Shown here piece by piece: positions 12,407 to 25,610 of a stretch of DNA of 64,000 nucleotides. Source of the stretch: Amoebophrya sp. A120 (Eukaryota; Protista; Dinoflagellata); contig CAJINV010000004.1 in assembly GCA_905178155.1 (NCBI GenBank), forward strand, positions 11,686,177 through 11,750,176. The letters are read 5' to 3'. Position numbers and translations under genes: made by a program. A model generated the notes under the pieces. The model searched no databases, was not told the DNA's origin, and worked only from the letters and a program-made list of their open reading frames with translations. Position 1 is the first letter of the stretch, and each line of letters begins with the position of its first letter.

Positions 12407-15400
12407 TCAAGACCCTTCTTCAGAAATCAAATTCAGTTTGGCGTTGATATTCTGTGCCAGATTGAAGGCCGGGGCGCAAGATTCCAGGCTGTTCTCCCGC
12501 GTAAAGCAGACGCGGCGGGCGGTGCTGGTGCCAGAATTGATGGCTAGGTGATCTAGAGAAGAGTTCACGGAAGACAATGGACTGACATTGGCTAACTGCA
12601 GTGACGTAGACTCCTCTTGTTCTTCATCCCTCGTTCTAGTACAACTTGTTCGTCCCAGCACACTGGTCGTGCTGTGGTCCTTACCAGAGGACGCGTGCAC
12701 GTCCACAGAGGGCGGGTCAACTACAACGCCCTCTGTAGTTCTTTCTGTATCGGAGGCGGAAGGAAACAATAGCTCGTCTCGATCCTGATCCACACTCGCC
12801 GACGGAGGACCCCCACCTGGGAGAAGAGTTGAACCGGAAATGCTCACGCTCGACGCTGTGTCGTCGTCGTTGGGGGTTTTACAGGGGCTATTCTTTGTTC
12901 TTCCGTAGAAAGCGTGGTCTTTGGGTTTCTTCTTTATTCCACGCGTGCTAGAGGTCCCCTCCGGATGAACCAACACTACGGACGACTCCACGTCGTTAAT
13001 ATTTTCTTGGTCGCTAGTACCGTCGACGCTGGCTTCCTCGAGCGCGCCCGGAAGTAGGGGCATGATCGTGTTGTTTGCGTTTTGATGTCGTCCGGATGAA
13101 GAATGACCCTGCTGTACTGTCTTGCAGCTGTCAACATCAACACCAGCGGAAATCGTCGTAGTTTGTCGTCCAGACGGGGAACCACTTTTCTTCACAGCAC
13201 CAGCGTTATTTCTACTGCGCACAAAAAAAGTTTCGTTTTCTCGTATAATTTCTCGCCCTCTTTCACCAGATGAAACAGCGTGCGTCTGGTTTGCTCGTTC
13301 TTGTGGAAAAGAAGGATACGCGTTTATTGCTGTGTTGAACTCATTCTCATTGCCATTTCGTTGTTCCTCCAAACGACCTGAACCGTTTCCATTTTGACAA
13401 TCGCTCGGACAACCTTCAGCGCTACTGACCGTAGAAGCTCCTTCGCCGCAACTCGCTCCTAGAGACTCGCTCGAGCAGGAGCCGCTGTGGTAGTTGCTGT
13501 TCGGCACGCTATCATTGTTTTCGCGCAAGGACGAGGAAGACCGGGACCAGTCGGCGCGAATGGTCGGCCGCGTGTCCGTTGACGCGTGACTGCTTTTCCG
13601 CGAGGCCTGGTGGGTCGTGAGGTTTTTTTCTGGTTTGCTGGGGGGTGGTAAAATGTCCACACCCGCCGCCTTGTTTGCGATGTCGTGCAGGTCGGTGCTA
13701 AAGAACTTGCGGGTGAGGATCTTCCCCGAGCCTCCGGCTTCAACATCGCGATTACGAACTGCACCGAGGGTCGTTTCGGTTTCCTCGTCTATCTGCATCC
13801 CAGTCGGATCCGTCTCGAGCACTTCGAACTCAGCGCCTTCGGGCACTTTCTTTGGGGGAGCAGGTGAGAAAAGAACATCGGTTGTTGTAAAAAGCGCATC
13901 ATGATTTCTTCTTTCGTTTGAGGGAACAGAGGATGTTGACGGCAAACTATTTCCACCCTCTCTCGTCGTTTGTTCCATTATTTCCTCTTGCACGGCCGGC
14001 ATCATGGGAAAGGGCTGCAGACTGCTACTTCTCCGGTAGGGAAAATGTTGATGCTGGACTGCGGCAGAAGCTGTAAAAGTAGCAGCTGCTTGGTCGACGT
14101 TCTTGTCGGACAGTTGGTGGTCTTCAAGCGGGAACAACTCGGCACGCTGATAATTCTGGTGATCATCCGCCAGAGACAACAATTCCCTATGTTCACTCCC
14201 GGAATTCTCCCGCGTCATCAGTCCATCCTCAGCCGACAACATAGCCTCTGCTTTCTGACTTTTGTTTATCCTCTCCAGCTTGGCCAGCTCCTCCATGATC
14301 TTCCTTGAGGCCGCAGCGGGCGCGAAAACACTCTCCGCTTCCGTGTCATCCCCAAACACGGAAAACGTCATCGCAGACTCGCTGTTGTGTCGGGGAGCAG
14401 CAATGTGGCCGGGAGTCGTGGTGCTGTGTTTTTTATGATTCATGCCCATAGTATGATCGCTAGAAGAAGACCTGTGGACGACGTCGAACGGATCCTCGGG
14501 ATAATGATCGCGTTGTTGGCTAGAATGTAGCCCGGCGCCTTGCTGGTGTCGATAGTAAAGGTCCGCGCTGTGTTCCTCTTCTTGATTTCGGTTCGTTTCT
14601 TGGTCGTGACTAACAAATCCATCTTGTTGTAGTTGTCGCCCCCTCAAGCCGGGGGCCTCTAATTGCTCATCATCCTCCAGTTGGTGGACTTTGGTGGAGG
14701 AAAATCTACTTCCCACCCTGCCGAACCGTTTCGCCACTTGGTACAGTATTCCGGGGATCAAAAAACTTGATTTTGATCCTGCAGCAGAAGCCGTTCCTGG
14801 TTCCGACAACCTACTTTTATCGCCCGGGTTCATTCTTGCCGCACACAGTTGCGAAGCATTTTCCTCCTCGCGGGAGCGGCCTTTTGTGCGTGTGAACAAG
14901 TAGCTGGCGCGTGATTCAGAACTGTCGATGTTATGTGGTGCGGCTTCCCCTTGCTTTCCGTTTGACAATGTTTCTCCCCATAGTGTTGCTTTTTCTTTTG
15001 CGGAATCACTCGCGCCAGTGCAGCTGGACGCGACTGGGACATTGAACGTGGAAAGCGGCACTTCGCCACGGCCTAGACCTAGCGCGTCGAAGGACGTGGA
15101 AGTTTTGAACTCCCGTTGTGACGCCGCAGCGCCCGCCGAAGGAGGTGGCTGGAAGTTGTCGTGATCGTTGTTTTGTAATGCACCATCGTCTTCATGAGAG
15201 CTTTTGCGTTTATTTTTGTCCTTCCCCGAAGATGCGGAACTACCTTTCTTCCTACCGCCCCGACTCCGTTTACTCCGATGCTGCTTTCGGTACACCAAAT
15301 TTGGGTGCCGGCCCGTCGCGGAGATGACCCCGCCCCACGAGGTTTTCTGGAAGCGGTGGGAAACCGACGGGTGGGTCGGATTTTTCAAGAAGAAGTCCCC

Positions 15401-18400
15401 TCCGAAGCCGTAGGGGTAGTCTTCGAGCACGTTGGTGAAAACGTGCTGGTTCTCCTTGTCGAAATACGGCGGCAGGGCCATGATCAGATACGCCTGTGGC
15501 ACGATTCTGGGCAGCACCCCGAACAGCAGCCCTAGGGTGCAGAAGAGCAGCCCGATGTACGTCGGCAGGTCCCCCTCCCCGTGCAGCAGTTGCATTTCGG
15601 CTTCTTTCGTCCAGAGCCGGCGGGAGCACAGGGACCGGGTGCAGGCGTAGCAGATGAAGAACGCCAGCGCCTGGATGACGCGGACAGCAACCACTTCGGT
15701 GCTGTACTGGCTGTGGATGTGCTTCACTTTGTACTGGAAGGAGGAACATACTTTCCGCACCCAACTGAAGCAGTAGCTGTTGCCGTAATTCTCATTACCA
15801 CCGGTGAGAAGCGCGTTTTGCGGAGCGGTGCTGGTAGTTGCGCTGGTCACCATGTACCGCAGCCACGGCCGCTTACTGCTGCCACTGCTCTTTGGGGACT
15901 TCGTTGTTGTAGAGGACAGTCGGGAGGACCGGTTGCCGTTAGCTTTTGAAGACGTCATGCTCGTAGCTCCGGCGGTGGACATGGTGCTGCTTTTCGTCGT
16001 GCTTTCTGTTTTTACTGTCGCGGCGGAGAACGGGAGTAAGCGCTTTCGGTCGTTGTCCGCCGCCGCTGCTGCACCTCGTCCATTTCTTGCGTTTTTTGCA
16101 AAGGATGAAGAATCCACCTCAAAGGAAGTACCGTTTTGTTCATCATCTCGTGGTCCCGAATGAATGCTCCTCAGCATGCGCACCGGTGCGGACACCGCAC
16201 GTGCTACAAAGCCGATTAGATACCGTGCACCACTGGGAGTACCACCTCCTCCCAGGCCGGTACTCGTTGTTCCACCGAGCAAACCTGCAAGTCCTGTGTT
16301 CGAATTGGTCATGAGTGTGTGCGACGTGCAGCTGCGCGTGCGCATTTTCCGCAAGTAGCGGCACTTGTCGTCCGCCTGCGTGCAGTCGAACTGCTCGATC
16401 CGCTTGCGGCCCGGTTTGGCGACCGCGTAGTGCAGGTAGGCTAGGAGAGTGATCAGGAGGAAGAACGCCGAGCTGATGAGGTACCAGCGGGAGACAAACT
16501 GGCACAGCACCAAAAAGATGACCGCGCCGTGCAGGACCAGCACCCAGCAGCGGAACCCGAACTCGACGAGTTGCGTGATCATCTCGTGGATCACCCGCTG
16601 AAAATACTTTTCGAGGTACACGTTTTCCGGGGTCAGAACCCGGATCCCGTAGATGGTTTCCGTGTAGTGCAGAATGTACCGCTTGCACTTCAGGTAAAAC
16701 GCCACCGTGGGATCGCCAACGAGGGCAGGACCTCCAGCTGTCTTCGACGTTGTTGTGCCACTAGTGTCGTGCAGCCACAGTGCGGAGTGCACGTTCTGGA
16801 TCTCCCAGGGCCGCTGCGACGGCCGGCGCTTGTTCAGGGAGGGGCGGCGAGAGGAGAGTGCGGATGCGCTCGTTGGGAGCATGTTGGAAACCCCATTCTG
16901 GTTGCTGCCAGCTAATACCGCACTGGTACTGCTCGTTGTCGTAAAGCCGCCTCCCACGACTATGCCGGAGGCTGCGGAAAAACTGGAGCTTTCGGCGTAA
17001 CAAAGATCCCCGGTGGTGGAGGCAAGCTGATCAAGAGAATCGGCGACGGTGCAATTTCTCGTTGCCGTGCTAGTGGTGCAATTCGACGACTCCCCGCTTC
17101 TTTCTCGGTACAGCGGCAGATGATCGCCACTGGCTTCCCGGCTGGATTTCTGACAACTCGACCCGCTGCTCTTTTGGGTTCGCTCCACAAAGCTTGAACT
17201 TTCGCCACCAACAGTACAACCAAAAGAGGGTAGCTGCTCCGGGATCATCGACGTCGTGGCTTTTTTCTGATCAGCTTCGTAAGTAGGTGAAGTGGTCCTC
17301 GTGTCGCCAGCTGGTTGACGTTGCTCTGTTTGGTTCTCGGAGGCTACTACAGGATCACCCATGCCCTGTTCGTAGTTTTTCCGCGTTGTTGTCATTTGTT
17401 CTTTCGGGCGCGCCGAACCGGGGTCTATGCCTTCTGCTTCGCACGTCACAATTTGCGCATGCGTTCTTGAGGTGTGGTGTTCCAAATCTTCCTCCTCCAC
17501 ACTGTTCGCGTTGTTGATCATGAGCATGTGGAGTTCCGCATTCTCGAAGGTCTGCAGGATGTCGATCAGGGTCCTTCGCACCAGGTAGAAAACCATCAGA
17601 AAGTAGAAAATCATGGCCAAAAACATCTGCATGTGAACGTCTTCGACCATGTGGAGCATGTCGGTGCCTGACGGTGTTGGCGCATTTTTACTCTCAGAAG
17701 GACTTTTGCTCTCTTTTCCTTGTAGAAGATCGGAGTCTCTCATGCCGTAGCTAGCGCAACAAGTAGCAAAGATTTAGTTGAAATCAGACGAGCATCATGA
17801 TATGCTTTATCCATGGTAAAACGTTTTACCGTTATCCGGGAAGAGATGGAACCAGCCGAGCGAATAGTCGTGCGGCGACTCGTACCCGAAGACCCCAATC
17901 TGCCGCAGACACCAGATCAGCATCGCGATGAATCCCAACACGGTGAGCTCCACCTTCATCCGGGTGAGAAGTTTGCTGTAGTACCAGTGCTTCCCGTGGT
18001 GATCGTCCTTTTGTACGACTCCGTACGAGGAGTGCGCCGGTCCGCTGTGCTGGTCCGGAAGTGGTAGGCTTGGAGAGGAATTTACCATGCTAGTGACTGT
18101 ACATGGTGCGCTGCCTTCCGTCATATTGTTGCTTTGCGCGACAGAACTGTGGTGCCGGGTCGGGTCGACAGAGTTTGAAGAAGACCCGCCCGTAGCTGCG
18201 CTCGAGCTCGTACCAGAGCAAACTTGTTGGTGTTGATGATCGAAGCGCTTTTCGATCAGCGCCTCGATCTTTTCAAACACAATGACGATCCAGATCAGGA
18301 AGATCAGAACGCAGAGCTCGACGAAGAGGTACTGTTTTTCGCTTTTGTACCAGGAAGGCCCACCTGCTGCGCCGAGATGACGGCCGCGGCTTTCTAGACG

Positions 18401-18814
18401 GTGACGTGCAGACGAGCGCTCTTCTGCATCTGGGTGGTCGTCAGGCCCCGCCTCTACCACGCTGGTAGTCAAGACTGACGACTCTTCGACTGGCACCTCG
18501 ACGTGCGGGACGAGGTTTGATAGGAGTGTTGTCTTCACGCCTGCTGTGGTTTCGAGTATTGGGTGCTCATGTCGTCCTGCTTTTGGACGCTGCACCGAAG
18601 CTGCAGCGTCACGCACTGATGAAGGTCCTCGTGGAGGGGACAATGAAGGGACCGGTTTGTTGTAGTTCTTGCGCTGTGACGAAAGGAAGCGCACGGAGGT
18701 AGTTTTGGTCGTAGGTGTACTGCTAGTAGGTGCTATCGTACCGTTGGAAGGTCGGCTCCACAAGAAAACTCCGCACAAAACGCGAAGATGACGGAGTAGC
18801 CGTGCCATCTTCAT
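12407..18814 (-). CDS. MLO-like multi-pass membrane protein with very long low-complexity loops and C-tail; short intron at about 17751-17810
   Basis: MLO-type motifs: IVFEKI, TRMKVELTVLGFIAMLIW (cf. KxELMLLGFISLLL), VHMQMFLAMIFY (cf. LHIFIFVLA), EKYFQRVIHEMITQLVEFGFRCW; about 7 hydrophobic segments. Confidence 0.72.
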
Positions 18815-19597
18815 GCGTGGATGCGGCAGCTGCTCGAGTCGTGTGTTAGCCGTGGAGGAAGTGGAATGTTTAGTATCAACGAGGAGGCATCTTCCCTCTG
18901 GCGAGAGAGGTTTCAAGTTACAGTGGCACACTAAGGCTGGAAACTTTTAGATGCATATAGAAGAGGGCAACAGGAATGGAAGAAACGACACCACAGGTAT
19001 CACAGTGGCTGCTGCAAGGTGTAAGTAGCAACATCGCTTGCACGCCTACTCGCTCCACTCATCGTGGCTGCCGACCGCAGCTTCTTGCTTGTACCCTCCG
19101 TTCATCCGCAGGTTGTATTGTACGCAAAAGCACCATTATACACACCCTCCTCCGCTACAGGGCGTGAAAGAGCCAGCCCCAGACACCGTGCTATCCACAT
19201 ACAGTCGGCCGCTCAGGGTCTACTCAAGAAAAGCATCCAGACCTGCGTAGAAAATCTTGAACACTTTCCGTTCTTTTTGTTTTTCTTGAAGTTGTGACCT
19301 TGGGTAGTACAGACTCGAACCCAGAAGTCACTTTTCGCTTGCAACTTCAATACCTGTAAAAAATGGAGCATCAGCACAAGCACTCCCTCCTCAGTCGCTG
19401 ACTTCACCTGGCGGAGATTTCAAAGCGGTAACTAAGTGTCTTTTTCTAGGACTTTCGAAACAAACATTGATGCGAGCACTAGCTTTCAGTAGTTCTTTTT
19501 CCGTTTCCTTTGCGCGAAACGAAGCTTAAGAAAAACCACCTTTCTCGCACACATCCTCATCATTATGGGAGGACACGAAGACATCGCGTCTCCTAAT

Positions 19598-22500
19598 CTA
19601 TCTGTCAAAATGCGTCAAATCACATGCACGCGCTTTCCAATTTTTGTTCGACCGGTAACCATCTAACTTGTCTTGCAACAGCTTCAACCGTGGCACTTCT
19701 GGACGCATGACCCTTCCCGACCCCTCGATATTCGTGTTGAAGAGCGCCTGTGCGATTTGCCAACTTGCGTCAGAACTGTGCGTTTGCCCATTCATGATGT
19801 TCTGCAGCTGCGCAATCATAAACGCGGAGTGGAAGTAGGAGGGTTCTAATTCCAGAAACAGGTTTCCGCTGTTCTCCGCCCACTGGCATAGCGTTTGCAG
19901 CGTCAGATCGGTGAGTCCGTTGCTGCTCCGGAGACGGAGCAGTTTGATGTTCGGCAACGTGTGCATCAGGAGCTCGATGCTCTCGTCAACCAGGTGCTCG
20001 CAGCTGTTCAGGCGGACTGGGAGTTTTGAGTGTTTTCGTGGTTTTTCATGGATCCATATTTCTTACCCTTCACGTCGTGAAACGTGCAAAAAGTGTTCGC
20101 CGTCACTCTTGGCAAGGACCTTTCAGCTACACTGCAAAAGAGTAGATTGAGACCGCATATCACACGTACAGGAGAAAAAAAGAAAAAAGCAAAAAACTAC
20201 ACTTTTGCTGTAAAAATACGGATTTCCAAGCTTTGCCCGCAGAAATTTCCGATCGCCCGCAGCGCGTTAGTGTTGAAATAAATCCAGTCAACTTCCAAAT
20301 GCTGCAGCTCTTGGCGGCCCCGCAGTTCGTCCGCCAAATTTGCGTAGGAATGACCTATATCAAATGTAAAAGTGTCTGGGTCTGGAAGAGTCATGCTGTT
20401 TTTGCATGACAAAGAAGGTCATCTGCCATGGAAGCTCTAGCATTACAGGTTTCGAGAAGCTTCCGCAATGCCGAATCGGCATGACAAATCCCCCACTTTG
20501 GTGACAGAAAGTGGGCAGCTTTTGCCACCCATGCATGAGAGATTTTTCTGTCTTCTGAAATGCGCATCACAAGCTTGTATTCTTCCAGACCCAGACATTT
20601 TTGCATTTGATAACCGAACACCATGCCCTTGTACATGTCGAGGTAGCACAGCTCCGCTTCGTATCAAATGTAAAAATGTCTGGGTCTGGAAGAATGCAAC
20701 TTGTCATGCTAAATCTGAAGCATGCAAAAATCAAAATCAGTGTTGCGTGATTACCAAAAGTCGTCCAGTTTTGACCAAGTCGGGAGGGAGTTTCTCATGC
20801 AGGATAGGCATGAGAGAGATTGCGCAGAATCTGTCATGCTAGGTCCTGCATTCCAGGCTTCGTGGGTCATGGAAAAGCTGCATGACAAATTGCGCATTCT
20901 TCCAGACCCAGACATTTTTACATTTGATACTTCGGGAAGAAATTTGAAAATCTTCAAGGTCTTCCCCAATTTCCGTAAAAGCAAGTTGAACAGCTGATCC
21001 TTGACGTGTTTCACGCGCATCAAATTTCCGCGGATGGTAAAACTGACAATGTTGGGAAGGAACTGCTGGTCGGCAAAATTCGTTGTCGCTTGTCGCTGGA
21101 ACGTTTCTTCTGTTGTCCCGCTAATACCTCCGGCCAGACCCCCGCCTCCGGGACTTGGCACTGCCACGGGGTTGCGCAGGCACCAAATCAGGTTTTCCGT
21201 GAGAAAATCCAGCTCCACGTGGGTTAAATTGGGAAAGAAGGTGTTGACTTTCCGGAGAATGGGGCTCACGTACGGGAGCCGGAGCAGTTCGTCCCAGTAC
21301 GCCGGGTTTTGCCCGAGTTCGCGGAGTTCTCTTCGTAGCCCTGTGTTGTGGAATTCCGGCGGGAGACAGAGAGAAAACTTCTTCAACGTCGTAAAGTACT
21401 TTGGCGGCTTTTTCCTTTTGCCTGACGTGCTCTTCATTTGGCTTGATGTGCTGTCTCGCCTCATCGGCACGCTAAACTCGTCTACGAAATACCGGTCGGC
21501 GTTGGCCATGGACAGACCCTGCATCACAATCTCTTTGTTCGGAATAACGCGATCTGGAGGCTCCTGCTTGGCTTTCTGCTCAACTACTTCCAGGGCGTCC
21601 GCGTCATCCAAATTGTCGGCTGCAACTAGTACATCGTCTTTGTTCCTAACATCTTCAGCCGCAGCACCCTCTCGTCCCTGCCGCTGCTCGAGAGTTGATA
21701 TTGGTATTGAAGTCGAACTGCTCGCAGGTATTTGCCTAAAGGTAGTTGCACCCTGCCCCTTTCCTCTGTTCTGGACTTCCATGCGCTTTTTGCGCCGCAA
21801 CGAGCCGTCGCTCGCGTTTCCTGGCGACTGTTCTTCGTCACTGCTCGATTGGGGCGGCGGCTCCTTGAAAAGCCATTCGATTAGAGGCTCTTGCGGGATT
21901 TCCAAACTCGCAAAATCCAGCTCGTCTAGCTCCACTGCGGGGCGGAATAGGAGGTGCAATTCCTGCAGGTTGAAGCCAGAAGTTCCTCCAACCAAATCCG
22001 AACCGAGAAAATTTGGATCATTTCCATGTGTCGGTCGTGCGCCACCAGGAAGTAGCTGCCCACCTTCGCCGCTAGAACCACCACCGCTGCTCATGAAGGA
22101 GTTCAGCAGCAACAGCGCGTGCAGATCTTTCAGTAATTTGGTCGAAAAGGGGACGTCGAGCGTCAAACACCGCAAGCTCGTCACATCCGCGACGGCCTCC
22201 AAAAATTGCGACAACAAATCAATCCCCTGGGTCGTTCTGGTCTGCAGGTAAACCGTTTGGAGACGGAGGAACTGGATGTGAAAGGGCAGCGGCTCGACCA
22301 GTTTCTCGTTTCCAACGAGGCAGCGGAAACGGAACTTCCGCAAATTCTGTCCGGTGTGGGACAGCAGCCGGTAAAAGCCGGACAGCTTGTGCTCGACTGG
22401 CGCGTGGGTGTGCGTGTAGGAAATGCCCTTTTCCTGCCACAACCCGGGACTGAAGCTGGCGAGCCAAAACGCCGTGCAGACGCGGGGCATGGATTTCGCG

Positions 22501-23168
22501 ACCAGGGAGGGTGGGAGGAACGTGAAGAGGTACGCCAGGAGCTGCGTATCCATGCCGTTGATCAAAACATGCGTCTCCGACAGATTCGCGTCGGACCCCC
22601 GCGCGCGCTGCAGCAACGCGTCCGGCTGGGTGCCGCCAAAGTCCGCGCAGGGAGGGAGGCAGCCGGACGGCGATTTGGTACTGGAATGCGTGGAGGAAAG
22701 GGTCTTGGTTGGGGCACCAGGAGGGCCCCTTAGTGTGCCGCTGATGTTGTGCCGCTGCGTTGGTTGAAGGTGTTCCTCATTGCTGCTCCTGCCCCCGGCT
22801 GGTAGTACAGCTGCAGTGCTCCTTCTTTTCGGAGACTGCAAATTCATTTGCGTGTGGGTGTTACCATTTGGAAGAAGTAGTTCGTGTGCTGAGACAACAA
22901 CATCCGCACCTCCTTGGTCCACCTGCAGCCGCAGCACGGACGGTGGGGGGCTATCCGGAAACATCTCGCCCTCCGCCTGCATTCCCGAGCGCTCCGTCAG
23001 CGGTGGCGAGATCTCGGGTGGCGTGTAGGCGTTCGAATTCGAAGTGCCATACGTGGTCGGCGGCGTCGCCGCCTGCTGCTCTAATCGCTGCTCCAGCAAG
23101 CTCAAGGGTGGGCGCCGCGGGACCCCGACTGTCGCGCTCATCCAGGACTGCAGTTGCACTTGGACCAT
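19598..23168 (-). CDS. F-box / leucine-rich-repeat protein (4 exons)
   Basis: F-box INGMDTQLLAYLFTFLP...MPRVCTAFW...PGLW; AMN1-type LRRs LEILRLNSCEHLVDESI and IKLLRLRSSNGLTDLTL; two introners plus GT-AG intron 20017-20219. Confidence 0.8.
20358..20612. mobile_element. Introner family A
   Basis: Family A TIRs; TSD accta/accga (1 mismatch, creating GT...TAG on the sense strand). Confidence 0.9.
20662..20929. mobile_element. Introner family A
   Basis: Perfect TIR tatcaaatgtaaaaatgtctgggtctggaagaatgc; TSD cttcg. Confidence 0.92.
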
Positions 23169-23399
23169 CCTGTGCAAAAGTCTCGAATAGTAGATACTCA
23201 CGCACAATTCATTTACATTTTTATTTCGAGCTCGCTTTGGCTTCGACTCATACAAACCGTATACGCAGTAAACACTCGAAGGAGTACTTAGTTCAATATG
23301 TATTTTGCGAATTTTTATCTTATGCAATAGAAATCCAAATGAAATTTGCAAAGCGCATCTCGCCTTCACAAATACGTGCTTTTTCTTTTTACCGATACT

Positions 23400-24263
23400 T
23401 TATTTGCAAAGGATATGGATCGGCGGCGCCACGAATTCCCGGACGACTTGCGTTTTCGGCATGGGGTCGCAGTCGAGGTGCAGCACTTGGTTGAGAAAAA
23501 TCTCCAGCTCGCGGCGCCTCTGCTCCAGGTCGAACTGGAACAACTTCGACGGAAAATGGTTCAGCGTGTACTTGAATCGGAGCTGCTCGTAGAGCTCGTA
23601 AAACTGCGAAAACCGTCTGGACACCACCCACTTGTGCTGGCCCTCGATCTGCTGAAACTGCTCGCGGTAAAGCGAAACATCGGATGTAAAGGGCGTAACG
23701 CAAGTGGTTTTGCTGACCGAACTAGAGGGCGACGCCGCGGGGCCTCCAGGTTCTCGTGAGGAAGATGCTCCTGTAGTGGCTCTATTTGATACCGTCCTCG
23801 AGGCTCCTGCGGCATTCGTCGACAACCCCGGTGAAGATATAGCCGTGTTGTGCGCTCCTGAAACAGCAGCTGCAGGGCTCCTTCTGTGCTGCGTCTGGCC
23901 GTTGTAACTGTCGCTGCAGGGCACTGAGAGCGCGGCGAAGCAGCCGTTAACGCCCGGGAGAACGCTTGCGCCAGAAGGAGGAGCACTACGGTGTCCTTGC
24001 CCTACTCCTGCGGACGAGGTTGAAAATGACCCACTACCAGAGGAAGCAGAACTACCTGCAGCTGCCCTGCCCCCGAACGTGGTAAAAACCCGTTGCTGCG
24101 AACCTCCATCGGGCACCACCAGATGGATGTTGTAGTAGACCGCCCCGTCCTCTTCCATGGACTTTGTATAGCTGTAAATGGACGCCCGAATGGCGGACGC
24201 GATAGGACGCTCCGGCAGAACATTGTCCGCGTCTTTCTCGAAGGCGGAAAGAGTGCCGCCCAT
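23400..24263 (-). CDS. PX (phox homology) domain protein, possibly N-myristoylated
   Basis: VYYNI...WVVSRRFSQFYELYEQL...FPSK...LEQRRRELEIFLNQVL; N-terminus MGGTLS; PX domain split by a Ser-rich insert. Confidence 0.85.
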   Translation of the reverse strand: MGGTLSAFEKDADNVLPERPIASAIRASIYSYTKSMEEDGAVYYNIHLVVPDGGSQQRVFTTFGGRAAAGSSASSGSGSFSTSSAGVGQGHRSAPPSGASVLPGVNGCFAALSVPCSDSYNGQTQHRRSPAAAVSGAHNTAISSPGLSTNAAGASRTVSNRATTGASSSREPGGPAASPSSSVSKTTCVTPFTSDVSLYREQFQQIEGQHKWVVSRRFSQFYELYEQLRFKYTLNHFPSKLFQFDLEQRRRELEIFLNQVLHLDCDPMPKTQVVREFVAPPIHILCK

Positions 24264-25610
24264 TCTTGTTGGGTATTTCTATTGCCAAAAGGTTGCTTTA
24301 TCCTTGAAAGCGTGCAGCAGTCTTGTCGACAAGGAATACCATTATCGTCCGACTTCAAGTTCAAAACTCGATGATGTTCTCCCTGTCAAGTAGTTTCTAG
24401 TGATCGTGGAGGTTTGGGGTAAGTAAAGAAAGAAAAGCAAAGAAATATGCGTAAAGGTGCGTGTAGGGCGCAGGCGTGAAGTGAGAAGTTCGAGGTTCGA
24501 GAAACAGTACTGATATCGTCAACTATAAACTCAACTTTGATTACACAGAAATAAATGGAAGTCATACTACAACAATAGGGAGGCAGTTGGCAGGAGGGAC
24601 CTGCTTGGGACGGACAGACGCAAAAACCCGATACAAACCGACTATTGAGATCATCCAAGCGATTTTTGCGATTAGTAGCATCAAGTATTTTGATGATTCT
24701 GCCGTAAACAAACGGAGGAACAATGAAAACAAAACCGATGTTGGTGCCGCTTTGATGATTTCCTCGACTTTGATATAATTGATTTTGTCGTTTTTTAGCT
24801 CGACTAGGACTACATGAACGATGTCTGCTCGACGAAAGTGATTTCTTAGACACCTCGTTATTAAACGGCTTCGCAGGCTACTAGACGAAGTTTTTCGTGC
24901 TGACAAGCAATGCAATGGCAACATCTTCAACACTGGTGCTGGTCAGGTAGTACTCCTGCAGAAGTAGAAGAACACCTTCATCACAGCGAGACCACCATGT
25001 GGTCCGCTTTGTCCTCGAGCACGAAGAAAGGATGTCGGATGTTGACCTGGTTGTCTCTAGAAAAACGGACCCAGGTGACGTGCCATTCTTTTTTCATTTG
25101 CCTGCGGCCAGCTATGCGAATGCGACGTCGCCAGATGAAAACAAAACAACTCTCTTTTGTCCCAGATGTGTTGTGATGAGGATTTTGAAAATCCGCCCTT
25201 CGACATGCAACATGACTACTAGCACCGCTCATGCACGTCCTAACGCTAGGTCGTGGAGCTGCGCTTGCACTTATTTTGTGAAAGTTATGTCGATATGTCG
25301 TTTTTCTTCTTGCCAAAAAAATGATGTGCCGTGGTACCTTCATCATGCGCTCAAACATTCTCTTGGACATCTGTTTTAAAAACGGGTACATTCAGTAGAA
25401 AACATCATGCGGGGAAGGCACTTTTATAGACGAGAACATTTTATTTTGACGGACATGCCGGACCTATTTGATATTGATATGATATTACAATCATTCTTTT
25501 CCACGAGAATCGACGGGCAGCGCCACGATATCTGGTGGCATGTTTTCCTCCAGTACTACTGGAGGCACAAATGCTCGTCACACAAACCCAACTACTACTA
25601 CTCTTTCTGC

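Noticed and set aside
24386-25391. Short minus-strand ORFs as a possible gene or autonomous transposase
   Set aside because: No recognisable domain, catalytic motif or flanking TIR/TSD; a small gene cannot be excluded
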